NCBI GenBank assembly: GCA_012026655.1
Contig: JAAILG010000005.1
Span: 1 to 64,000, forward strand
Reading direction: 5' to 3'
DNA: 64,000 nt
DNA from: Hydrolagus affinis
Taxonomy: Eukaryota
Shown: in pieces, positions 49,820 to 61,260 of the stretch
How positions within the stretch are numbered: position 1 is the stretch's first letter
How the letters are laid out: each line of letters begins with the position of its first letter
The notes under the pieces: generated by a model
The model's input: only the letters and a program-made list of their open reading frames with translations
Told to the model about the DNA's origin: nothing
Databases searched by the model: none
Made by a program: the position numbers and the translations under genes

Positions 49820-52800
49820 AGATCAGTAGAATGGAACAGACTTAAGCAAAGACACATACCTCCAAAGGATACAACTAATCTGAAGCAATACTTAGTGAAT
49901 GATACCCTCTGTGGTTAAAATACTGTGAAGAGGTATATAAATATCTCTTCATACATCAGTGAAATTCACTAATGTTCACAATTCCCTGGTTGTACTCAAG
50001 TTTTCCCAAACTCTTATTGCTAGAATGCATATTAGGTGTCTTCTATGTTAGAAGAAACACAGACTCGCTAAAAGCAATCGCATATGAATAGAAGCACTTT
50101 TATTAACATTAAATTCGTACAATATTCTCAGTGCCCTGTAGAACAACATTGCTCTCTGCATTTCACGGTTTGAAGCCACCTTCCTGCATCTTTTATAGGT
50201 TGATATTGAATTCTGTGACTTTGATGTATTGCTAGCCCTCATTTTCTGCAGTTATTTAATTCAAATTATTTACCATTTTCAAAAGCAAATCAGTGTTCAT
50301 TGCAAATGAACGTAAGATGAAATTGACAAGTATATCATCGGAACGGGATACTGCAGTGTGATTCTAGTTGTGTTTATATGACCTTTGAACTCTGCAGTTA
50401 CTTAAAAGGTCAGCAAAGTTAGCTGATAGACTTCAGAGTCAATTAAGTAAAGTAATGGGTCTTGCAAATGGCTGCTTGCTTGGCCTACCAGAATGTTGTG
50501 CTTTCCTATGCCCATTCCCTGCAAAAGGGGCCAATAATAGTGAGGATTTTAAAGCTGCAAAGCAGTTCTCAAATTGAATTAGGGTTTTGTAAGAAGACGA
50601 TAACATTCCTAAATAGATTGTGCTATAAAGCAAAAGGTTCATTCACCTTAGCCTCTGTTTCTTAACATCGTGAAAATATTTTCCTGACTTGAATTCAGTA
50701 TACGACATTGGAAATTCAGGCCCACATCCTTGTTGTTTCTCAAACTTATCCTGAGAGATTGCAGTGTTTTAGAAAGTACACTATATCTTTCTTTCCAAAT
50801 TCTTAACTTCTTGATCGCAAGATTTATACTTTGCGAGTTTGAAATCTAGGAATAAGTGCAAGACAAAAGCTGAACATATCAAAAGTGCTGCCCCATCCAA
50901 ATAGGATCACTTCCCATGTATGATTAACCATTTTCAAGCGCTTAAGAGCTGTAGCACAATACACAGAATATTATTTTTACTGAGTGGACCTTTCCAAATT
51001 TTGAAGAAATCCTACTTTTGTGCCTAGCTTCCCTCTCATTTTGGCTCTATTGCCAGCCACAAAACTATTATCAGCCACACTGAGTGTTTACATGTATTTG
51101 TCACATGAGACCCTATCCTTAATCTAATGAAAATAACTTCTGTAACATTTCAAAGAACAGTATTCAGCAATTAGTGATGTCTTTATAATCCACCTCTGTT
51201 GTTGTCACAGTGCTAAAGAGGCAAGACTCTACAAAGCTTCCAATAGAGCCTGGCAGCAGATTAATGCACACAAATCAGTTTTATGTTGAAGTATAACTCA
51301 TGCCACTGCAAAGGCCTCTTCCAATTTTATTTCATTATAAAAAAAACTTACTTAAAAGCTCAGGCAGCCGATTACACTTCCATTATATCTACAGATGCTG
51401 CTTTTTTGCTGTCATTAGACATTGCCGATGGAGGTTAATAAACTGGCTGCATTCACGTGTTTAAGCACATGTGTGGAATCATGCCATCCATGCACACGTG
51501 TTCAAACATGTGAATGACACATACGCACGCACGCACACACACACACACACACACAGACAGACATACCCCTCAGTTTATGTTGATACAAGTCGATAGTATT
51601 GTGGTTTCCTACTCACGTTGCTGTAACCGATGAATACCATGCAACAACAGCACCAGGAGGTGAGATTTTACTGAGGTTTGACTCAAAGATGACTTTCAGT
51701 CGCCTCCAAGTTCAACCTCTTTTCCTTCTGCGCACAAGAGAAAAGATTTTGATCCCTTCTCAAATGCGTAGCCATCAGGCTGCTGAACCAACCATCTGGA
51801 ATCGATTTTCCTTTCCACACACGCAAAGGAGCTGGTTCATTTTGAATAAATCTATTTTAAACCATTTCAGCCACCACAACTGCTGTACAACTTCCAACTC
51901 AAACAATGTGGCCTGGAGGTCCTTCCACTGGGTGCAGCTGCCTCAGTCAAATCAGGAGAAATGTTACCAGTCTCGGGAACATCTCTGTGTAACACTCAAG
52001 TATTTGTCATGTGCTCTAATGTAATTTATTCACTCATCACTCAGTGTACCCTGTTTTACTGTGGTGACCTACTATTGCACACGCAAACAAGCAGCCCACT
52101 AGAGCGTGTTCGTATTGAATAATGTAGGCAGACAGTCCCATTTGCCAAACTTATAGTGGCTGAGATTTCATTCCAATTCTGTAAACCACATGTAGATGCA
52201 TGTGCACAAAGGGAAACTACAGGTGCTCTTAATCAAATGGACTTCTTCATCTGAACTCTTCTTGTCACCTTATTGACAACCACTTTCCCAACCCTTACTC
52301 CCATCTGCCTGGCCACTCAAAACAGTCAACTCTTATGAGATTGGCCTCCAGAGTCAATGTGGATTGAATTCATAGTTGTTTCTTTATAGGTATCTGGAAG
52401 GGTTGTGGTCGACATCAGCCTACTCAGTGTCCCCAGCCCTGTTCTTGGGAGGGTGGTGGGTGTGGGTGTGCGGTTGAGTGGCAGAAGTCAAAGCTGCTTT
52501 ATTCAATCTCCCAAATGTTGCAAACAAAAATATTTGGTGTTTAAAGGTTGGGTGACGATATTTTGTAAACCAAATCTGGAGACACATGTGTGTAAAAAAA
52601 TAAACCATTACAACAACAATCACTTGCATCTATATTGCGCCCTCCATTACAATTCTTGATACTGTATGGGCAGTAATGTGCCCCTTGGATTAATTGATGT
52701 ATTTATTTTATGGGTGTATCTGTTTTAGAATGTTATTGTTTGTGGCTGAACTCAAGACAGGGAAAATTTGGTCACCTTAGCTAAGGTGCAACTTCAATAG

Positions 52801-54589
52801 CACAAATACAGCAGATTCAAAGTTGATACTTTAGGGTTTTGCTAAATATTCACCAGACCAGTAGCCTTCAATACTGCTCTTTAAATGAATTTAAATGAAT
52901 CGAAAATTAATTGTCATCATTAAACACTTAACACTTAAACACTTCTCGCATTTGTTGAAAGATAATTGTTCTGATTTAACAAGACTATTAACAAGTCACA
53001 TTTACATAGGAAACTGCTGGTGTAACAATACAATGTATTACAAAGGTGCTTGAATTAACAGTGATTGGTTTAATGTGTTACTGCTATAGATAGTTACAGC
53101 AATACTATACTCAATGGCAAGTGTTTGCAAGTGATTAGCACCAGTGCCACTGTCCTGTTCCTGCTGATTTGAAAACCACAGTGAATTCCAATTCAGATTA
53201 AGTCCAAATTGAAGAGCACCATCAGATACAATGTCATTAGATCTCAAACTTTTTACATGGTTTAGAAAGCACTGAGTCACCTGTCATCTCAGTATAAAGG
53301 ACAGCCACACTTTGCATTTTAAACTGAGGAACACTTGCTGAAATGTACTTCTATGTTAGTTAGGTTACAATTCAGTTCCTGTCATGTAACACCATTCAAA
53401 CTATTAATTATTTATCACGTTCAGATTAACCTTTTCACCCACCTATATAGGGTAAAGAATAAGAAAGAATAAGAATTCAACAATAAAATAAACCGGAAGT
53501 GCTTATTTCATATGTCACATTCCCTATATTTCTTTGGAAATAAGTTTATTTCACTAATCAAAACAGTTTCTGAAAGTATATAGTTCAAAGCACACTTTGA
53601 CATGAAACTTTTTTTTTATTTTTTACGCCACTTGCCACCTTAAACCGAGATGCCCTATTCAGGTGAAGTTAAAGATCCCATGATACTATTTGAAATGTTG
53701 TGGCAAAACAATCCCCCACAGATCAAAATAATGGTCACCCTTCCTCTTTCCCTATACTCTGTTATACTCTCCCTCATGAAAATGTTGATCCGGATTCCTC
53801 CAAAATTATCTCACTGTCATCTGGACGCTAGTTAGAGAGAGTTCTGGTACAGAAAATAGGAGAGTTCACAATTAGGCTTGGCTGTGATGTGCCTCACAGT
53901 CTTATAGTTTTGTCACATTCCTTTATTAGAAGCTAAGTTTAGATAGACCTGTTTTTAGGTCTTAACTGTGTGATCTTATTATGAGCTTGTGCCATAGATT
54001 GTGTTACATGGTGCATGTCTGATAAAAGTTCAGCAGTAAAAAAAGGCTCAACATTTCTTGTGCTATTTTTACTTTGAATTCTTTCCCCACTCACTCAGTC
54101 TATCATTATTTAGGTACTTTATAACTGTGTATGCTACAGATAAGCAACAAGCATTATTTATGGGATAATTCATCAAAATGCCAAATATTGAATGCAAAAT
54201 ATTTGTATTTGTTTCCATGGAAATGTTGCAATACTTGGACAAATAACAACTACGGAATCGAAAAAAATTGTGCCTAAAGAATTCTGCAGTTTTGTTCTGT
54301 GCCATTACCAGAAAAACAAATAAATCTTATTTTTACTTCATTTTGTTCCCTCTTGCATTTGATGCCTTTCATGTCAGAAGGATGTCTCAAAGCGTTCTGC
54401 AGGATTCACTGTACAGTTCAGCGATTGTGTATTTTTGTGGGTGTGCGCAATAGCCATTTGGGTCACAGCGATATCAGAAAAATAGTCATGAAGTGAATGA
54501 ACAATTTTATCTGAGGTATTGTTGGCCAGGACACCAGGAGAAACTCCATTCTCTTTCTGACTCGTTGACGTAGGATTTTTCATATCCAG

Positions 54590-54865
54590 GCAAGGTAAAA
54601 CCTTGGACAAGCTTCCTTACTCCACATAATAATAAGAGTAATCCCATAATAAACACGTGAAAAACAAATACCAAAAATATTAAAATTGGTCATTTCAATC
54701 CACGACTGTTTGTGTGACACTACTGTGCACAGTTATTTGCCATGTTTTGCCCACAGAAATGCAGTCATTTCATTTTACAAGTATATTCTGTGACGCGCTT
54801 TGAGATGTTTAAAAGATGTGAAAAGCACTATATCAAATGCAAAGATTGTTATTACTATATTATTA
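54590..54865 (+). mobile_element. Young SINE (headless), back to back with an older minus-strand DeuSINE-like copy at about 54350-54590
   Basis: Body and tail match the family. Confidence 0.8.
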
Positions 54866-55359
54866 TCCACCACAACAAGCAGATTTTAACATCACATACA
54901 AAGAACAGCATTTTCAACAGTGAATTGCACACACACAGAATTGCTTTCGAGTGCCAGCTCCATATGCATAAAGACCCCAGAGTGTAATTTGCATCTAAAA
55001 TCTCCTCTTCATTTTATTGCAAACAATTCTGTACTAAGACAGATATAAGAGCATTTTTACAGCCCGTTGAAATAAACAGTGTAAACTTCCACCATTTTAT
55101 TATAACCACTGACTCTTTCTGCAAAGATAAAGTACAATTATTCTGAGGCCATTCAGATTGATCAGAATTTTGATCAGGCAATAAAGTGTATTTTTATTTT
55201 CTCACCATTCTTTTGCAAGGTTTGCTTCAAAAGAAATGAATGTTTCCTGATGTTTTCTTTATTTACAACAGTAACCTGAGGTTACATTTATATTTATCCA
55301 TGATTTAGTTATGAGTGCTTTATCTTTTCTCTACTGGCCTCATCTCTCCACTTCTGTGC

Positions 55360-55648
55360 GCTGGTTAGAGCACTTGCCTCGCAAGCGAGAGATCTTGGTT
55401 TGATTCCGAATAGGACGAAACCTTGGGCAGGTTTCCTAACCCTTCACATACCTGATAATAATCCCGCAAGAAAAAAATTGGTCACTTCAATCCATAACTA
55501 TTTGTGGGACACTGCTGTGCGCTATTGGCTGCCATGTTTTACCCATAAAAATATACAGTCAATTCACTTTACAGTATATTCTGTGAAGCACTTTGAAACA
55601 TCTTGAAGACATGAAAAGTGCTATATCAAATGCAAGAATTATTATTTA
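55360..55648 (+). mobile_element. Young tRNA-derived SINE
   Basis: Same family. Confidence 0.88.
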
Positions 55649-57565
55649 TTTATTATATTCATCATATAATTTGATCTCTACACTTTTTCTTATTGTCCAT
55701 CGTCTTTTAATTGCTTCCTTTACCTTTCCTGATCAAAGTCTCCCATTGGTTCTCTATTGTTCTGTGTTTTTATATTGTAAAGGTTTCATGGAGACAGGGA
55801 AAATTAATTCCTGAAACAAGAAAATAACAAAATTACATTTGTATAGTGCCTTTCAAGTCAGGAGGATGTTCCATGCACTGAAACATCCCTTATTACAATA
55901 ATGTAATGAAAGCCTGTATTACAATTACGTAAATTATCCAGGAAAATGAAAGACACCAGCCTAAAATATGTACTTGTTGGAAAGAGATATCATCATTACT
56001 GCAGGCTCTCTGACCAGTCTTTAGGTGCTTAAGATATGAGGAACATGACATTGACAACCTAATCCCTTGGGACAGTGGAAATTTGTGCAACCCTATATAC
56101 ATACCATGCATACCATACATTTACATAACAGAATCATTATATTTCTATTCCTCTGGGTGAGATAATGGCCTTTGCTTATAATGGGAGGATGGTGAGGTGG
56201 GTATTCTGAGATCAAATGGGCCGCACATTCTTCTTTATCTGGGCTGCTCCTGTGATCTTCTGAACTGAGATTAAATGGCTAAATGGCCAAGAATAGTGCT
56301 TGCAGCAACATCCAAGTTGAACCGAGCTTATACTTTTAGACAAGTGTTAAATACAGCCCTTCAGTGTTTTACAATACAAATATATATTTATACAGAGGCT
56401 TTCAGGTCTGGAGGTTTTATCACCAACAATAGAGTCAGGAAAATAGGAAGCTGGCAACTGTTTATTTGTTTAATTTAAGAATTAACAGTGTTGTGCCCCA
56501 GCTCTCAGTTCTGTAAAGTTTGCAGATTCAAGTGGCCTACCTGGGTCCAACAGGCTATGATGCCCCGATAGGCAATGCGATTGCACCTGCAACTCTGCTG
56601 CCGATTTTCTGATCTCAATCAATCTGCTGAGCAGAGGTTTTAGACAATGACTTATTCTATTAGTCAGGGCACTGTGGTACGTCGCCGTAGAAAGAGAGAA
56701 TAAACATAAATTGTACTGCAGTACCGCGATACTGAATTTATGTTAGAGGCACTGAGTGTACTAAACAAAGTACAGCTAGTAACAGGGAAAATTGTTCTTT
56801 TTTTCATTGAAAGCAGTAGCAATGGGGAAAAACATTACATTCTTAACAATAATTATTTGGGAACATTTTGCTTATTCCTAGTAAATATGTCCCCGTAAGC
56901 CTCTGCACTTCAGCCCTGGTTCCTGTCTGAATTTGGAATACTGTACGTGCAAAAATATACCCCCTCCCTTTCTGGGTGCAATGAACCCAATTGTGGAATC
57001 TCTATAGAAGCCTCAACAGATCAGTAAAATGGACCAGCGATTGAACCTTACAACTCCTGCCTCTTTACATCTCAGTCCTATAAAGGGGATAGAATTTACT
57101 GACGGATTTAACATAAGAAGTAAGTTCATAATCAGACGTAACTAGGAGCAACACATGGCAATGCAGAGCGCTGAAAGGGTAAATGGAATTTTCAGTTTAA
57201 TCTCTTCAGGAAATGTGGTGCAAAATTAAATGTTAAACATCAGGAGCCCTGACCTTAAAATACAATTACAGCTTCTGTATATGGAGTAAATGCCAAGATG
57301 GAAACCCCTTGGGTTTAATCACCATGAACGAGAGCTGTGATTCGCTAAATCCGCTGTACTCAGTGCCTCTGGGATTCATAGCTATAATAGCATATTTCGT
57401 TGTGTATGCTGGACTCTGGGTATGTGAATTTTGAAGGGTTGTTGCTATCCTCTGGGAAAGAAAAGAAGGGGAGGGAATTAGGCTATTTTCTGGGATTGAA
57501 AGCAGTAGCAATGGGGAGGGTACGCTTGAATCAATAGTGCATGGTAGAATTAGTGATCTGATGTT

Positions 57566-57910
57566 AGTAACTGTGTATTTGTGGGCACTGGCCAATTCAG
57601 TGCCAATTTGTGCACACCAACATCCTACAACCAGCCATGGAGTGACTGACCAATCTTATTTGGGGGAATTATTTGCTAAGACACCAGTGGAGAACAACTC
57701 CCTTTTCTTTTCAAATATTGTCACGGGATATTTAATATTCACCTCGGTTACAGGCCCTCGGTTTAACATCTCAACGGAGGGCCAACATTGCAACACATTG
57801 TTGGCACTGAATTGGAGGGTCAGCTAAGTTTATAGTAGCCCAGGTTCTGAAGTGGGGCTTAAACCCACAACCTCTGACTTAGAGGCGAGACTGCTGACAC
57901 TGAGCCAGGC
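57566..57910 (-). mobile_element. Older DeuSINE-type (SacSINE1/AmnSINE1-like) SINE, near full length
   Basis: Minus strand has a tRNA head, then GAGATGTTAAACCGAGG..ATCCCGTGACAATATTTGAAAAG..GGAGTT..GGTGTC, matching the recalled Deu-domain consensus. Other pieces at about 16104-16200, 19615-19795, 25030-25270, 26340-26560, 28595-28770, 53640-53700 and 62540-62680. Confidence 0.7.
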
Positions 57911-58184
57911 GGACCAGCCGGTCTGACTGATCAATGAGACTTGGACATGTCATTAGGGAACTGGATTGTTTCCATTCAGCTAACACTCCATCATGTAGGG
58001 TGGTTTTATATAACTAAACAACACTAATCTTACCATTCTGCTAAACAGTGTTTGGTTTTAGCTGGTTCATTTCCAGCAGTTTGTAGTCACTATTACTCTG
58101 GCCCTCCTGACATGACTATATAAACAACAACAAAATTACATTTATAGAGTGGCTTTCACGTCGGGAGCATGTCCCAAGGTGCTG

Positions 58185-58400
58185 AAAATGCACAGATGTC
58201 AGCTGGAACACACATCAGGGCAGACAGCATCCATGGAGAGAGAAAAATTGGTTCATGTTTCATGTCTATGATCTTTCATCAGAACTGACGTCAACCATTA
58301 TCCTCTATCTATGGATGCTGCCTGACCTGCTGCATGTTACCAGTAACTTCTGTGTTTATACCAGATTTCCAGCATCTGCAGTACTTTGTCTTGTTTTGAC
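58185..58400. mobile_element. Penelope-derived repeat, two copies in inverted arrangement
   Basis: CAGCATCCATGGAGAGAG.. followed by its inverse ..TCTATGGATGCTGCCTGACCTGCTG..CCAGCATCTGCAG. Confidence 0.7.
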
Positions 58401-59179
58401 TTTTGTTTTTTTGACTATATAAATTCTTCTCAGAATATACTGTAAAATGAATTGATTGTATATTTTGCGGGTGAAATGTAACGGTCAATTGTGCACAGCA
58501 GTGTTCCACAAACAGTTGTGGATTGATATTTGGGGATAGTATGTTTAATCCCTCCTGAGATCAACTTTCTAATTAAATAACAAGGTCAAATCCAGGCCAA
58601 ACCAAGGATTTACCTCTGTATCTAATGCACGGTCGAATGATTTGGTGAAGACTGTGCTGTGGGTAAATTGATTCAGGAAACGGGGACTAGGCAAACCATT
58701 ATGCCACTTTCTGGACTTCATAGCCACCTACCAATCTCACAGTGTGCACTATGCTGTTGACTGCTAATCACAAGACCCTGCTGTCGTAATGAGTAAACAG
58801 TAAGCTGAGAACAAGCTTTTATTCAGATAATAGGTGAAAAGGTCAGTAGACAGATGAGGTGACTGCAGAAGACCTGCCTGGGTTCGTTTAAAGAGAAATT
58901 TATAAAGAGCTTCTAATCCCTGTATGTCAAATTTTACGGACAAGAGTGACCTTTACACAAAAAAAAAGTAGCCATGTTGTTTGGATCCAGACCATTTTCA
59001 TTTAATAATAAAGCCTGACCAGTTGTATTAGAATTCTTCATTTTCTTTTTTAAACGTGCATTTGTTTGTTTCGCAAAAAATAAACTGGAAAATTAATTTG
59101 TTTGTCCTTTTTCAAGACTTTATGGCAGAAGTACTTAAGTTTTCCTTGCATAAATGTATATTGATATGTAGTAACAATA

Positions 59180-59410
59180 ACAGTAATCAATATACATTTG
59201 TATTCTCTCCTTTCATCTCAGGAGATGAAAGGATGGTGGGAGCCAAAGAAGCTCTGGAGGGGAAAGATGACCGAAAGGGCGATCAGAGGAAAGCCTTGAG
59301 ATGGGCTTTGATTGTGGGAGTAAGGGGAAGGTGCTACCAGATGGGGGTTGCAGGGAATGGGATCAGAATGGCTGAAAGCTCACCCCCAGTTGCTGTAAGA
59401 CCATAGGAAA
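59180..59410 (-). mobile_element. Degraded L2 3' fragment
   Basis: Tail and purine-rich body resemble the reverse complement of the 24.6-24.9 kb L2 end. Confidence 0.55.
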
Positions 59411-60243
59411 GCATGGAATGGGAAGAAAAAACTGCAGCCTGTTCAAAATCTATGCAAAGTTTTCCCCATCGATGGACTTGGCTTTGCACTTGGACTCAAG
59501 GGCAATCGCCCATTAAAACTTATGCAGGTACACACATGGGGAAGGTTCCATGAATGATGTATCAATGGGTACCAAGGATCTCCGTAATTATAACCTTTAA
59601 TTGTCTTTGAAAGAGAAAGGGCAAAAAGTTGAAGAAAGAAAAAAAAAATTCCAATGAATGCTAACTCAGCTGAAGCATCCAAAAATAAATGGAGGGATTT
59701 TGCATTCAACTGGGAGTTAGGAACCAGGCTAGATGCCAGGGTACCATGTATATACAAGTGAAAGTATTTATTTAGTAATCCTGCATGCTCTGAACGTTCT
59801 CCATCTAAAGAATTAATGATGTAAACGTTTGGCTGCTTCAAATAACAAACTTTACGTTCTGGAAGCAACCCCTAGTGATACGTGAGGCGAGGGGGGGAAA
59901 TGTGCTCCACAGGAATTTTAGCGTTTTTCCAACTGGAGACCCGCAAAGAATAAAAATTACAGACCGTTAGTTCCAGAGAAAGTAAATTATACAATTACGT
60001 TTGCATTCGTTATTGAAGTAGTTTTACCTCAGTGGTTACTTTCTAAATCAAGCAAAATCCTTCCAAACCTCGGACATAATGTCAGAAAAATTGTAACCCT
60101 TACAGAGACTAGCTTCAGGTTATTGAGCACTTTATTTCCAACCGGAGGTCCCAAATTCCAGAGTTCCTGTCACTCGAACTCACTTGCTTCAGTCGAATGC
60201 TTTGTAATTTCTTAAAATGACCCCCTGAGTAGAAGTAGTCAGA

Positions 60244-60477
60244 GGCTGCAAATTCCACACGGTTTTAGCCTTAAGATTATTGTCTTAAGAATTTCAGATT
60301 GTGCAGAATTGTGGTAAATACCTAAATTGTCTTAATTTGGGAGCTCTTTTTCTGTAGGTTTGTGGAAAAAACGGCTTCAAATAATGGCTAATATAAGAAA
60401 CTTGCCAAAATTCGCATGATCTAATATTTTAAGACCACAGTCTTAATTAAGGCAAAAACCATGCAACATTTGAGGCC
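60244..60477. mobile_element. Old foldback MITE (Harbinger-like ends)
   Basis: Degenerate inverted arms of about 90 bp (GGCTGCAAAT..GCCTTAA..GTCTTAA / TTAAGAC..TTAAGGC..ATTTGAGGCC). Flanks AGA/TGA. Confidence 0.65.
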
Positions 60478-60894
60478 TGAATGCTCAAAGCTGATTACAA
60501 AGAGATCCAGTAAACACTACTTGCTTGAATCCCTATCCTGGCTAATGATCATGGAATGAATGGTATTCATAACGCCGCGTAAGCCACCTGACTGCCAGGG
60601 TTTACTCAACCCAGCAGCCCATTCAGGAGAGGTGGAGGAAAGGTGGAGGAGAGTTTTATATATTATATAAATATATTTTTTAATCTATATATTTAAAAAA
60701 ATGTTAAATTAGGCTTAAAAATAAATTGACCTAAAATCTGTGGCTAACTCGTAAATTGTTCTGTCTTATGCGGCAGAAATCAGATGGGGATTTGCCCGAG
60801 TTACTGGCAATGTACACATGTGTTGTCAGCTTCTTGACATTTGAACGTTGAATACCCAGTCAGCACTCAGGCCCCAGAGACCTCTATAGGATTA

Positions 60895-61260
60895 TAAATA
60901 AATAATCCATGCATTTGATATAGTGCCTTATCACATCTTCGAGATGTCTCAAAAGCACTTCACAGAACATATACAATACATTGAGTTGATTGTATATTCT
61001 GCGGGCTAAACGTGGCAGCCAGTTGCGCACAGCAGTGTCCCCCAAACAGTCATGGATTGAAATGAACATTTTTATAAAAGGAATTCTTACCTTTGGCAAA
61101 GCAATCCACCAACTCAATAACAACTAGGTTCCTACTTACTGCTATGTAAGCAGAGGCGTGTGGCGTAAGGAAACATGCCCAACATTTCGCCCTGCCAAGA
61201 ATCGAACCCAGGTCTCTCGCTTGCGAGGCGAATGCTCTAACCACTGAGCTACGGGACTCC
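60895..61260 (-). mobile_element. tRNA-derived SINE, long-middle variant
   Basis: Same head and tail, but a different and longer central segment at about 61070-61155. Confidence 0.88.
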
